64,000 nt of DNA from Octopus vulgaris (lineage: Eukaryota): the NCBI GenBank assembly GCA_951406725.2, contig OX597816.1, positions 72,664,001 through 72,728,000 on the forward strand. Direction: 5' to 3'. A program made the position numbers and the translations under genes. This document shows, in pieces, positions 39,361 to 53,979 of this stretch. Under the pieces are notes generated by a model. The model worked only from the letters and a program-made list of their open reading frames with translations, was not told the origin of the DNA and ran no database searches. The first letter of the stretch is position 1. Every line of letters begins with the position of its first letter.

Positions 39361-40971
39361 AGTTTTCTTACACTTTTTTTTTACGTTTTCCTACGTTACG
39401 TTAATATATTTTATATTATTTTCATCTTCATTCCTCTCATTCTCGTTCTCTCTCTTTCTCTCCTCTTTTCTCTTTCGCTCTCTTTCCTTTTCACGACTTC
39501 TTTTCTCCTACGTTTATCCTCTTTGTCTCTTTTCTTTGCCTCTCTAGATCCAATTTTTAGTTTCTCTCTCTCTCACTCTCTCTTTTATCTCCATCTTCTC
39601 CTTCATCCTCTTCTCCACCACCACCACCTCCTTTATCTCCCCTTCTTCATCATCACCTTCTTTCTCTACTACTACGTCTTTCCTCTCATCACTTTGTCAC
39701 TCCTTTAACATCTTTTCTCTCTCTACCTCCATACTGTCTTTCATCTCCTCTTCCTTCTCTCTCTCACCTCTTTCTCTCTCAACATTTTAAACCTTGCTTT
39801 AAGATACTTTTTTTCTTGTTTATTATTCACTCATATCAAATAAGTCTCTTTATTTTAATCAATATCACAGTCTCCAGTCATCTCTACGTGTTTCTCTTCA
39901 TCTCCTCTCTGCTCTCTATACCATTTATCTCTGTCAATTTCTACCTTCTTTCTCACACATTTAACTCGCAAACATTTGATCCACACACACACACTTATAT
40001 ACGCGCAGGTGAAATAAGCTTCGGAGATGCTTTGTCTCACGCAGAAACAAAGATATTGCAACCTCTTCTGAATCCATCGAAATTCGGAAACCTTCCAATA
40101 TCATCTGCAGATATTTCGGGGTCTAGTGTTCCACGCTTTATCGTGTACGCTTCGCTTGAGGGGACTAAATTATTCTTCGCCAGCGGAAGAGTTCCATAAT
40201 ATACGTGTCCGGTTTCTTCACGGTTGCAAAGATGACCGGCACGAATATTAAAATAACTGCCCAGTTTCTGGCGACCCAGTTTCATTCACGAGGCATGGAG
40301 CAACCCGAGGCCAAAGGCAAAAGATACGTATCCAAACGCGTAATAATGGGAACGAATCCGAGACTTAATCATTATGTGCATGTGTGTGTTTGCGAGAGAA
40401 TATATGTGTGTATGCGTGTCTCTGTTTATGTGTATCTGTGGGAGTGACGTGTGACTGCGCGTGTATGTAACATTGTCATTTGAGATTGAGGTGGAGGTCA
40501 CACGGCAGATATGACGAGATTTGTTGATACTTCTCGCCGTTTACAGACCAGAACTCACTGACCGGAAGTCCCGGAATGAAAGTCTGGTTTGTGTGGAAGA
40601 AGTAAGAGGGTTAGAAACAACAGCAAAAGGGCTACATCACGTTTCATACTTTGAAAAGGTCAATTCTTCCGTAACCTACTGAAAACAATATGGCCATTGC
40701 AACTGGGAACATACATATACACATGCATCGACGTACACGCAAAAGCACGCATAAAAGAGCACAAGTAAATACACACACACACACATATATATATATATAC
40801 GCACACATATATCAACGCACACATATATACGCACTTATTTATGAACATTGTTAAACTCATATGCAAATATTTATAGACATACATACATAAATTGACACCA
40901 AGTCACATTATGGATATCAAGGTAGTATCTAACATGAGAGATCTTTTTGTAAAGTAACCTCAGTTTGGGTA

Positions 40972-41100
40972 AGGAGCGGGATTTATGGTCTGCGGTTAAG
41001 AAGTTTGCTTCAAAATCATGTACTTAGGACAAGAAGCTTCTTTGAAATCTTCAAATCGACCAAAATTTTTGAATGAAATTTGATTGACAGAAACTAGAAC
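40972..41100 (+). mobile_element. SINE family B head, degenerate
   Basis: ggttaagaagtttgctt...gaatgaaatttgattgacagaaact. Confidence 0.55.
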
Positions 41101-41133
41101 ATCACCATGAACAACGAATGTATGTATATGTGG

Positions 41134-41178
<45 letters not shown>

Positions 41179-41399
41179 AAAGCTCGGGTTAATTGGAATT
41201 TCAAGTTTTGCCTATTTGCTCGTACACGCAGGTTGAATAAATTACGCGATACTTGAAGTCTTAACCAATACAAATTTTGCAATTACTGACTCATCTAATG
41301 AGAGTCATCCCAACTGCAAATACTCCGATATCATCCTTAAACTGGCTTAAAAATAATGAGCTTAATGACTTCCCACCAGCTAATGCCTTCTCTAATATC

Positions 41400-42583
41400 A
41401 AGCTTCACATTAGGATCACGTTAAAAAACTGATAAGAATGGAGCAAAGGAGCCACCATGGCTTTCTGTGACGATCGCTGAGTCTTGAACTTTTCAGGGCT
41501 TGAAGAAAGGATGTGATACATTTCACGAAGTGAGACTTCGTTTTCCGATCATAACGATATGCTTACGTTTCATCTCCTTTCACCAGACTGGAAAAGCACG
41601 TCTTCATACACTTTCAGTACATCAGAGCAGATTTCTACCTTTTTAGAAATCGAGTTACATCTGCCGAGGTATTTCCTTTGCACATACTTTCCGATACTCA
41701 AAATTGTTCGCCATCTTCTATAACGCATTGTGGTCACAATCAGTTCTGTAGCAAGCACATGGATCATGATCCGTCTGTATGCACGAATCAGTTGTCCAAT
41801 TGCTGGTGATTCGCGTCAGAGTTTGCAGTTTATGACCTTCCGCTAAGCGGTTTGTGCTCAATACTAGTTCCTCTTCTTCAGAACCCTTCATCCATCTGTG
41901 CTAATCACTTATGTCAATAGTATCGTCTCCGTAAACAAATTGTAGCTTTCTGCAGACGACGGACACTCTGTACTCCTCCTTCGTCAAGAACTCAATGACG
42001 GCTCGTTGCTTCTGCATGAAACATGTTATTCATCTCGAGTGAAAAAAGAACAGGAAAGCGAGGTACTCTGAAAGCCGAGTTACTCCACCAACATGTTTAA
42101 TTTGAACGACTTACTCTTTTACTCTTTTTTACTCATTTACTTGTTTCAGTCATTTGACTGCGGCCATGCTGGAGCACCGCCTTTAGTCGAGCAAATCCAC
42201 CCCAGGACTTATTCTTTGGAAGCCTAGTACTTGTTTTTTCGGTCTCTTTTGCCGAACCTCTCAGTTACGGGGACGTAAACACACCACCATCGTTTGTCAA
42301 GCGATGTTGGTGGGGAGGACAAACACAGACACACAAACACACACATACACACACATATATACGACGGGCTTCTTTCAGTTTCCGTCTACCAAATCCACTC
42401 ACAAGGCTTTGGTCGCCCCGAGGCTATAGTAGAAGACATTTGCCCAAGGTGCCACGCAGTGGGAATGAACCCGAAATAAGTAGTTGGTAAGCAAGCTACT
42501 TACCACACATCCACTCCTGCGCCTTGTCAGTAAATAAAAATACTTAGGCCCAATTTTGCATTACTTTTGGGACAACTCCCATA
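41400..42583 (-). mobile_element. Decayed Tc1/mariner transposon with nested SINE
   Basis: Minus strand MQKQRAVIEFL...VYGDDTIDIS...RW and GDET*AYRYD..TK...PEKFKTQRS, both mariner transposase-like; mariner-like end attacttttgggacaactcccata near 42560-42583. Confidence 0.7.
42111..42523 (-). mobile_element. Full-length SINE family B (tRNA head, CORE-like accttgggcaa, internal (TG)n, LINE-derived tail)
   Basis: Head ggcgcaggagtgg...gggttcattccc; tail ggcggtgctccagcatggccgcagtcaaatgactgaaacaagtaaa. Confidence 0.92.
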
Positions 42584-45134
42584 CATTAGTATTTTGCATG
42601 TCACGAAGTGTGTTGCAGCGTGATACAATGGATTACCTTAACTACGGAATGAAATGGAATTCAAAATTGGAATGATTATTACAGTCAAGAAGATTAACTA
42701 CGGAACAACATCTAAGACATAATCGAAAGTTTAACATGAATCGAGATTACCAAAATATATAATATTATGCATTCCGTATAGAAATAAGACCATTTATATA
42801 ACTTGGAACTTCGACAGGTTCTGTTAGAGTTTATAAATAGTCCAGAAAACGTTTAGAGAAAAGAGTAGGGTTATTTGGATGGCCCACCCTGAATAAAATG
42901 CTTTGAGATACATTTCTATAAATATAAGCGTGTACATGCACCCGTATGCACTGCAGGCGGTTTATAACAGAGACACACACACTAACTTACATAAACAGAC
43001 ACATTGACAGATAAACACACATACGCACACACACAGCATCACATAACATTACGTTCACTTACATATACATTGTCACGCACACATACTATGATGTTCTTCG
43101 ACTTTCAGGATAAAGAAGAAACAAAAGAAAAGGAAGAAGTTGATAGTGAAGGAAAGAATAAATAGAGAAGTAAAGAAGAATGGGAATAAGATCAAGAGAA
43201 TAAAAAAGAAAAAACAAATAAAGAAACAGAGGGAAAGGAAGTGAAGAAGGGGAAAAGAATAATAATGATAATAATAATAATGAGAAGAACAACAAGAACA
43301 AGAACAAGAAGGAGAAGAACAACAACAACAAAAACAAGGCAAAGAAGATCAAGAATAAGAACAACAACAAAAAACAAGAAGAACAACAACAACAACAACG
43401 AAAAGAAGAGTAGAAGAAGAAAGCAAAGAAAACAGATGCAGAGTTTCTACATAAGAGTCAAACCGCTGTATGCCTATGGAGTAGAATCAGGAGACGGCCG
43501 CCATTTTGACTGAGCGCGGCAAGAACGATCGGCCGTGAAGAACACCAGACATTGCCAAACATTGGCGTGAGCTGGTACACAACATCAATTTCCTTGTGGC
43601 TAAATGCGGAAATTACCAATGAATTCCACCAATTCTATGTGCAAATACGGCAAAACTTTTCGCTTCAACGTAACACAACTGACGGACGAAAAGATATTTA
43701 AATATTTCTATTTGCTGTTTATTTTTTCTTTTATTTATGCAAATATATCTTTTTATTTATTCTTATTTTGGTTTTCGTTTGATTCTCATTTAGTTTCCTT
43801 GTTTTTGTTGTTATTGTTGTTCCATTATTGTCCTTTCTTTCGTTCTACATTTTTTCTTTCCCATTTTCTTTCCCCCCTGACATATCACTTGAGACATTTC
43901 CTTTGTCTTTCTCGTAAGGCAGCCGCACATTTCTAATGAATGTCCAATGGTGGAATTGGTCACCGTGTTAGCGGTGGTGATGGTGGTGGTGGTTGTGTTG
44001 GCGGTGGTTGTGGTGGTGGTGGTAGCTGTTGTTTTAGTCTTGTTGTTGTTGCTGCTGTAGCTACAGATAATGGAGAGGCACAAAGAAAAATATGAAGGCG
44101 ATGATAATGATGATGATGACGAGGATGGCAACAACGACAGCAATAATGATGATGACGATGATGTTGGTGATGATGACGAAGGCGACGATAATGACGAGGA
44201 TGATGATGAGGTAGAAGGAGGAAGAAGGAAAGGAAGAAGTAGAAGAGGAGGAGGGCAAGAAAAAGGAGGAAGAGGACGAGAGCAACGAAGAAGAAGAAGA
44301 AGAAGAAGGTACTGATGATGATGATGATGATTACACGGAAACGATGAGATGCAAGCTAAACTGATGTAGAGAAATCGGTTGGTTGGCTGGTCGGTCGGTC
44401 GGTCGGTCGGCAAATCGGCTGAAAATGGTGGGAAACAAGGTGTGAGAGGAAGAGTGAAAGGAAAGAAATATATGGAAGCCGTGAAAGGTCACAATAAACA
44501 AACGAGTCGTGCTGATTTGCGCAAATTGTAAGGACAAGTTCATTACAAGATCATGTGACCTTTTGGTGCGATTATGGCGCCTCTTTATTGTCCTGAACGT
44601 TTATCCACATGTTTTCCGATCGAAGATAAACACGGCAGAAGAAATCTCCTTATTTCCTCCTTTCATCCTTTCAACATTTACTTCTTTCCTCACTCATCAT
44701 CGTTTTACTCTCTCTCTCACTCCCACATTTCTTTTTGCTATTAAGGCTCACCTTTTTCTTGTTTCCTTTTCTTCTTCCTTTTCTTTCTCCTCCTCCTCCT
44801 CCTCTCTCGTTTTATCAGTAAAATAAAAAAATAAAAAAACAATAAAAGTCGAGCCAACAAGAAATAAAAATACAAAATATGTATAGCTGTTTTTCTTTTC
44901 TTCTTGTTTTCTTAATTTTCCCCGCAATTATATCCCTTTCTTTCTCCTTCTTCCAACTTCGACATTTTCTTCCCCATCCTCAATTTTCTTCTTCTTCTTC
45001 TTCTTCTTCTTCTTCTTCTTCTTCACTCTTTCTTTTGCCTTTTTGATCTGTCTTCATTTTTCATCCTCCTTCATCGCTTTTCACCCTCATCATCACGACG
45101 ACCACCACCACCACCACCACAATCATCATTATCT

Positions 45135-45184
<50 letters not shown>

Positions 45185-45502
45185 TTTTTCTCCTACTTCT
45201 ACACTCTTCATCTTCCGTCCAATTACTTCGATAAGCTGTCGCAATTACACAGTAACCAAGAACACAACCAGCACCGCCACATGTATTGTACATTCGTATG
45301 TCACGTTTCAAATCTTCAAAAAACGAGAACAACATAACGAGAGTGAGAGGGAAAGAGAGAGAGAGAGAGAGTAGAAAGAGAAGGAGGAGAGGGAGATAGA
45401 GAGAAGAGGAAAAGCGGGGGAGAAAGGAATTCAATATCATCTTTCTAATGTTCACCAAATAGATATGAATAATGTTCCACACAGCTTAATAAATGCCAAG
45501 AT

Positions 45503-45964
45503 CAAGCATGGGCAACTTTTTTCTAGAAGCGGACCGCATGTGACATGAATCACCATCAAGTGGGTCGCACTACTAAAAGTATTCAAATTAATTTTTCGTT
45601 TAAGCATGCGTGGGGGATCTCAATGATATGTCAGAATTATTTTGATGATTATTAGCGACGGAAGCAGTATTTGTACAAAAAGACGATCTTTTTCTCCAAC
45701 TTAATGTTGATACTTTGTTATAACGCCAAATACTGCGGTATTAGCTTTGAGAGGTTCTCTCCTTTAGAAAAAAAACCCCAAAAAACACAGGCTTATATTG
45801 GAACGGGCAAGAATCATCAGCTGTGAACGCTGGAACTGACAGATCACGTGATTCCGGTAAGCATGCAGGTTATTTGCGACGTCAGGAAGTGAAAAGACAC
45901 TAGAATTCTATATATCGTGGCAGCGAGATCTGGCTAGTATGCGGTCACCGGATGCCTACTCCTG
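45503..45964. mobile_element. Degenerate hAT-like MITE
   Basis: Left end caagcatgggcaac, right end gatgcctactcctg, subterminal gcggaccgc-like motifs; no intact 8-bp TSD. Confidence 0.45.
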
Positions 45965-46074
45965 AGGAAGTCCAGTAGACTGAAATTAGGAAATCTGGCA
46001 GTTCCAGCGCCCACAACAGACGATTTTTGTCTGCAAATATGTATGTGTGTTCTTTAATACACGCTTAATCTAGA

Positions 46075-46188
46075 TGAGAAGACCCCTCAAGACTAATACT
46101 ACAATATTCAGCGCTCTAACAAAATGGTCAGCGGTGGTGCCCCAGCATGGCCGCGGCCTTCGGGCTAAAGCATTTTTAAGGATTTAAG
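46075..46188 (+). mobile_element. CR1-group LINE extreme 3' tail
   Basis: gatgag...ggtggtgccccagcatggccgcggccttcgggctaaa. Confidence 0.6.
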
Positions 46189-46247
46189 TTGAATATGAAG
46201 ATATTTTCATAGATATGTTTGATTTTTGTAATCTAATATAATAAGCG

Positions 46248-46288
<41 letters not shown>

Positions 46289-46854
46289 CTGTGTGTATGT
46301 TTGTCCAGAATCACACCAGACGCGGAGGAGGAGAGAAAATAATAATTCAGTGAAGGAGAAGTAGTGAGAGTAATAGCCCTGACTGAGAGGGAGTGAGAGA
46401 AAGTAATAGCAATGAGAGAAAGAAAGTGGTGAAAGATGAATAAGGAAGGGGTGAAGAAAATCAGCGTTTCAACTCTGTGTGAGTATATGTGTGTATGTGT
46501 GTGCGTGTACATGGAAAGTATGTGTGATTATTACGTATCTTATTTTGTATCTTATTTATATATAAAATAATACAATTAGCCGTCATTATTGCTGGCACAT
46601 GGTCTTGCAGATTGATTTCCGTGGGAAGAATTTGAGGAAAGAAAAAAATGATCGAGGCAAGCATTCAAGGAAGCCTTATGCAGCAGCTTGATCTGCGAGA
46701 AATAATAGAAAGATCTCGCCTAAATCAACCCAACTATTTAATTAGAATGATGGACTTATTAGTCTGCGTGGTTCCGGATATTAGAATGACAGAATGGTCA
46801 CCACTGGAACGTCTTTGAAACCTTTAAGTCTATTTGAAAATTTCTACCAAATGA

Positions 46855-47065
46855 TTTCTACTGGAAACACAAGGCCTGAAATTTGGGGGAAGGGATTAAG
46901 TCGATTACACCGACCCCAGTGCGTAACTGGTACTTATTTAATCGACCCCGAAAGGATGATAGGCAAAACTGACCTCGATGGTATTTGAACTCAGAACGTG
47001 AAGACGGACGAGAACCTGCAAAGCATTTTTCCCGGCATGCTAACGATTCTGCCAGCTCGCTGCCC
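46855..47065 (-). mobile_element. Full SINE family A
   Basis: Head, central domain and ggccttgtg tail. Confidence 0.9.
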
Positions 47066-47114
47066 TATATTTCTACCAAATATCACACAACCAACACATG
47101 GTTTATTTATCTTA

Positions 47115-47532
47115 ATGTATTTTATTTGTTTCGGTCATAGGACTGCGGTCATGCTGAGATACAACCTCGAAGGGTTTAGTTGAATAAATAGGTCCAGTAC
47201 GCATTCTATCGGTCTCTTTTATCAAACCGCTATGAACGCTATGGCAACGTAAACGTAAACAAAAACACACATATGCATACTACTACTACTACTACTACTA
47301 CATATATATATAGAAGCAGCAGAAGAAGAAGAAAAGGAAGAAGAAGAAGAAGAAATTATGAAGAAGAAGTAGAAGAAGATGTTGTTTCCGTCTGCTAGAT
47401 TCACTCACAAGGTACTGATCGACCCGGAGTTATAGTAGAAAACACTTCTCGAGGTACCACGCGGTGGAATTGAACCTGACACCACGTTGTTGCAAAACGA
47501 GCGTCTTAATAACATAGTCATGTCTATGCCTC
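47115..47532 (-). mobile_element. SINE family B, degenerate, with expanded internal microsatellite
   Basis: Tail near 47125-47260, head near 47380-47532. Confidence 0.75.
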
Positions 47533-47996
47533 AGTGATGCGGTTATCTTAAAGAATAATACAGCGTTTAAGATTTTAATAGTTACATCATTATTCCCGTG
47601 ATCCTTTGCTGCGCACAACAAAATGGGTTAACAATGGACCGCTTTCAAAATTTTCATTCAGAAGAAAACGCCGAGAAAGCTTCTTTGTCTTGTTTTGTTT
47701 TTGTTGGGTTTTTTTTTGTATTTTCTTTTTTCAAATGTAATGGACTTAGGAATGTTATTGTTCGGAAGGGAACATAAATATTAATGTTAAAATAAGAAAG
47801 ACCACAAATAAGAAAGACCACAATAAAATAAAATATAAAAAGATTAAGCACGAACTTAGTTGTCTTTTCAATAAAACACGTTTGAAAAGAAAATCCGGTC
47901 CCTTTACATGTGCGTGTGTGTGTGTGTGTGTGCATGTGCATGCATGCATGTGTGTGTGTGTGTGTCCGTGAGCCTGAGCTAGTGTGTGTCTGTGTA

Positions 47997-48042
<46 letters not shown>

Positions 48043-48047
48043 CAGAC

Positions 48048-48094
<47 letters not shown>

Positions 48095-48135
48095 TATGTA
48101 TGTGTATGTCTCTCTCTCTTTCTCTTTATATATCT

Positions 48136-48189
<54 letters not shown>

Positions 48190-48223
48190 CAAAGAAACTT
48201 GCAAACCAGATACAAAAACGAAG

Positions 48224-48309
<86 letters not shown>

Positions 48310-49171
48310 ATATATACTCAGCGAGAAAACAGATATATTTGTCAACCATTCAATAGTTCTTTCTGAGCAGAGATGTGTTTCTAACAGGGCATTAGAAAGA
48401 TTTGTCAATATAAAGTGCTTGTTGCTTCCCGTAATCGAATGGCGGCTTTATAAGAAAACTATTTGGCTATGTTATGGCCGTTTATGTTGAAGCTCGTGTT
48501 GGCTATAATGTGGATTCATCACTGACGCTTCGATACACTTTGATGTATGGCAATAAACACCGCTCGCTCAGACACATGTTCACACGTGCGCACACACGCG
48601 TACACACATACACACACACACTTACACACACACACACGCACACACACAAACAAGACACATGCACACACTCAAGTACATTCAAGTGGATGTTGCATAAACA
48701 GCCGCACATGTTTGTGTACGTAGAAGTAGCTACTGCTGCAAGTATGTGAGTAGGTGTGTGTGTATGTGGGTGTGCGTGTGTGCGTGTGTGTGTGTGTATG
48801 TGTATATATACATATATATATATATACAAACACATATGTATATGAAAATTCATGTGTGTAAGTGTATAAATGCAAGCATATATGAATGCGAACATATGCA
48901 TATATATAGATACGCATATACGTATACTGTAACGTGTATATTGTATATATACGTAAACATCCAACACAACTTCACACTTATAGATGCACACAAGCACACA
49001 TATTCATACAAATATATACATACATACGATTAATTCTTACAAACATACACTCATGCACTCATACGCACACACATACATGTACATATACATATATGCATGT
49101 CTATACTATATACATATATATATATATATACATGTGATATACTTATACATATGATATCTATCTATATATAT

Positions 49172-49203
<32 letters not shown>

Positions 49204-49942
49204 GTATATATATGCACATACATACATATATGTACACACACATATGTACACACACGTATACACACATTTGTGTGAGTGTGGATGTGTATAATTCCGAAAG
49301 AAAACGACTCTCAGCTCTTTACTTTTATAATGAAGCATTTGAAGGTGATTCAGTGAATGACAGAGGGAGACAGAAAGAGAGGCAGTGAGTGAGAGTGAGA
49401 GTGTGTGTGTGAGAGGGAGAAAGAAAGAGAGAGGGAGAGCTGCAAGCAGAAACCTCTTGAACAACATTAGATCTATTGGAGAGAGCATGACATTGGCGTT
49501 GAGATGTCATTTCTATGTGAATTCACATACGGACGCCATTTTACGAGATCACAGAAGTGTGAAATAGAATGTTTCACGTTCCAACAAACTTTGATGCTTC
49601 TTCGATGTGGAGAAGGTATTCGTAAGGTAGCTTAATATCACCGGCGCCGGAAATGACCGTAGAAAGAGGGTCAACACCGAAGACTTAAAATGATTTAACT
49701 TGCTGTGAACAGTAATTTCCTTATGCTGTCAAAATTTATTTGCTGTCCTGACATTCTCTTACATAGAGACACACTTACGTTAAAGATTTATACATATACA
49801 GAAACATTTTCTTCACCGCAAACACGTATTTGTAATATACATATATGTATGCACACACACTTATAATGCACGTATATATATAGGAATTATGAATATATAT
49901 ATATATATATGTATGTATCTAACTATCTACCTATCTCTCTAA

Positions 49943-49973
<31 letters not shown>

Positions 49974-50168
49974 GAATACATAGATATGCATATATGTATA
50001 AATATGTAGATTCTTACACAGAATTATATATGTATATATACTTGTATGCATAGTTATGTATAAGGTAATATACGTTATATATATTATGCATATATATGCA
50101 TATATTTATATGCATATATATATATGAGTATATATATATATATGCACACACACACATATATATATATA

Positions 50169-50232
<64 letters not shown>

Positions 50233-50717
50233 CATACACACACAAATACGCATTTAGCTTCCTCGTGCGTGTGCGTGTGCGGTGTGTCTGTATGTATATT
50301 TATGTGCATTATTGCATGTGCATCTGTATGCGTTTGAGTGTGTGCACGAGCAACATGTGTATGAGTGTAGACGTTATTCTGTAGATTAATTTGCTTGTGG
50401 CACCACTTGAACAATAGAGAAAGAAATCTTTGCGTATGTCCATGTTACATACGAAAATATTTAATCGTCTTCATACGTGTGAAAATCGTCCATATTCACA
50501 TGTAAGTGCGTCTGCAAATTGCTCGTACGTGAGCTTATATGCATGAATATATTATGGCGGACACAAATTATCTGTGAAAATATGGCGAAAGAACGGAATA
50601 CTCAGTCAACTAAGACAATACCTCGATGACTATTACTGACGATATTTCAATACAAACTTATTAAATGCCCCATGTCTTTCCTCCTCTGTAATTCTCTCAC
50701 ATTCTCTTTGTGCGTGT

Positions 50718-50763
<46 letters not shown>

Positions 50764-50909
50764 GTGTGCATACATACCTGTTTCGCTGTGTATCTTTTAT
50801 CATTCACAAATCCTTCTGTCTTTTTATTTCTATTCTTTCTTTCTCTCTCCCTTCCTCTATTCTCTCTCCCTTCTCTCTCCCTTCCATGTATGTAGGTAGG
50901 TACGAATGC

Positions 50910-51380
<471 letters not shown>

Positions 51381-51721
51381 TTCGTTTCTCCTTCCCCTGT
51401 CATTTACTAACCCTTTCTATCTTTCCGTTTTCATTATTCTCCCACTTCCTCCTCCTCTCTCTCCTACTCTTTGTTTCTCTCCCTCCACTTGCCTCTCTCC
51501 TCACCTCCCCCTCTCTCTCACTGCGTCTGTATCTCCCCTCTCTTCTCCTTCCCCCTCTTCACTCTCTACATATTTCTCTACAATACGCATTCTATTCTTT
51601 CCCCATTTCTTTCCTTTCTCTCTTAATATCATTCACAATAAGAATACAATTTCATCTTCTCCCTCTGTCTTTCCTTCTTCCTTCCTTCTTTCTCCCTCGA
51701 CTCCCTCTCTTTCGTGATCTT

Positions 51722-51755
<34 letters not shown>

Positions 51756-52072
51756 CTTGTCTCTTTCACACACACTGTCATTTGCTCTTTACATTTTCAG
51801 CACCCTTCTTTATCATTTGCACTTTCTTTTCCTTTCTCACCTCCTCCCGCTCTACACAGTTTGCATTTTAATTTTTCTTTCCTCCCTCGCTTCTTTATTC
51901 CTTCTCTCCATCCTCTCTCCGTCTCTTCTCGTCTCCTTCTCTATCATTCACATTCTCTCATTCTTATTCCCCAGTCTCTCTCTCTCTCTCTCTCTCTCTC
52001 CTTCTCTCTCTCTCCTTCTCTCTCTCTCTCTCTCCTTCTCTCTCTCTCTCTCTCTCTCCTTCTCTCTCTCTC

Positions 52073-52116
<44 letters not shown>

Positions 52117-52125
52117 TCTCTCTAA

Positions 52126-52335
52126 GGGCAGAAACATTACAGCGATGGACAAAATACTTTACGGTATTTCTTCAAGCTCTTGAAGATCTTAGTTCAAATC
52201 CCACCGCGGTCAACCTTGCCTTTTGTCCTTCCGAGGTCGATAAAATAAAGTATCAGTCAAGCATAAGATCCGATGGTATCGAATAACCGATTCGCCTCAG
52301 ATTTTCTAGTTTTGATCCTAAACTAGGAATCCTTT
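52126..52335 (+). mobile_element. SINE family A, degenerate
   Basis: gttcaaatcccaccgcggtcaaccttgccttttgtccttccgaggtcgataaaataaagta. Confidence 0.8.
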
Positions 52336-52362
52336 CCTTCTCACTTATTTCTTTCTGTATAC

Positions 52363-52968
52363 GGGCGCAGGTCTAGCTATGTGGTTAAGAATCTCGCTTT
52401 GCAACCACGTGATTTCGGGTTCAGTCCCACTGCGCAGCACCTTAGTTTAGTGTTTTATCCGATAGATACGGGCCAACTAATGCCTTGTAAGCAAATTTGG
52501 TAGTGGGAAGCTGTGGGGATGCCCATCGTGCATATACGTATGTGTGTATGTATACGTGCAAGTGAAGGCGCGTGGCCTAGTGGTTAAGCTGTTGCACTCA
52601 TGATCACTAGATCGTAGGTTCGATTCCCTGACTGGGCGGCACGTTGTTTTCTTCAGCAAAACGCTTCATTTCACATTTGCAGGCTAAAACAACGAAAAAA
52701 TGCATTGTGACCAGCGATGTGTAACAACATCCGATAGCCTGGTCGGTCGCGTGATCACATGATGTGTGTTTGTGTTTTTGCGTGTATGTGTGCCTTTGTA
52801 CCTGCGCTTGTCTTATCATCATCGTTTGACAAGCGGTGTTGGTTTGTTTACGTTTCTCTGAATTAACGGTTCGGCAAAAGAGCCTGATGCAATAAGATAA
52901 TTACTGGAGTCAGAACAGTGCTCCAGCATGACCGCAGTCCAATAACTACAACAAGTAGATGATAAAAG
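52363..52968 (+). mobile_element. SINE family B with a second tRNA-SINE (family C, 52566-52758) nested in its internal microsatellite
   Basis: B head 52363-52530; C head ggcgcgtggcctagtggttaag...ggttcgattcc; B tail 52800-52968. Confidence 0.8.
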
Positions 52969-53979
52969 ATATATTTTGCTTCCTTCATACGCTTCAATTG
53001 CTTATCGCCTTTTCTTTCTATCTCTCGTTCTGTTTCTCTTGTATTATTTCATTATCTCTTTTTCTCTCACACTCGCTTTCTTTCATTGTCTCTTACAGTG
53101 ACTCTTTCATTCAAGAGAGTTATTTCTCTCTCTCTCTCTCTCTCCCTCCTTCTCCTACTCTACCCCACCTCTCTCTCTCTCTCTCTGTTTTCCTTTCCCT
53201 ATCTTTGCTCCTTTCAATTAAACTCTTCCTTTCTGAAATTTCACTGTCTGTCTGTCTCTGTCTCTCTCTCGCTCTCTCCCCCTCTGACTCGTTCCCTTCC
53301 GGCTTTGTTTTTTCTCCTTACACTGCTGCTCTCTTGTTCTCTCTCTTTCTCAATAACTATCAACCTTTTTCTCCGCCTCCTCTCTTTTTACTGTGTGTCT
53401 CTCACTATCGTTTTGTCTAGCTTTCTGTCTCGTTTTCCCTTCCTCGCTTTCACTTTCATTTTCGTTTGCAAGCCTTCCTTACACACTTGTCTTTCCTTAA
53501 ACATCTTTCTCATCCACTCCTTCTTTTATTCTTTTCTCCTTTCCCTCTTTTTCTTTCCTCCTCTTCCGTCCCCTTCGATCCCTCCTCCTTCCAGCTTTCT
53601 GTTCTTCTTTCCTTTTATTCTGTCCTTCCTTCTTACCGCTCATCTTTTTCTCCATATCTATTCCTAGCTCTTCGTAGTTTTTCTCTTTCACGATGCATAT
53701 TCTAGATTGCTTTGTTGCAACAATTTAAATCACACGACAGAACTTTCTAGAAATTTAGCATCAGTTCTTACACATCATTACAGAAGCTATCATAGTATTC
53801 GATATTGCAAGAAAATCAAGATTTTCCAAACACCGACTGAGCTTGGAGCAATTTCACTCTAATCTACCGCAATATATTGACTTGTGGAACTAAAGGATTT
53901 CCAGAGCCCTATTTCAAGACCTGTTATTCTTCACTATTTCCATTTAAAGAATTCTATAACGTATGATTACCTCTGTCTT

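Noticed and set aside
45962-46005. Hammerhead-like CUGAGGA-AGUC-CAGUA-GACU-GAAA
   Set aside because: No stem I partner and no proper UH cleavage site; the CTG is also the end of a MITE-like element.
52566-52640. Possible tRNA genes (also 29112, 21870, 62960)
   Set aside because: A/B boxes are present but there is no complete cloverleaf, and they continue into SINE bodies or are truncated.
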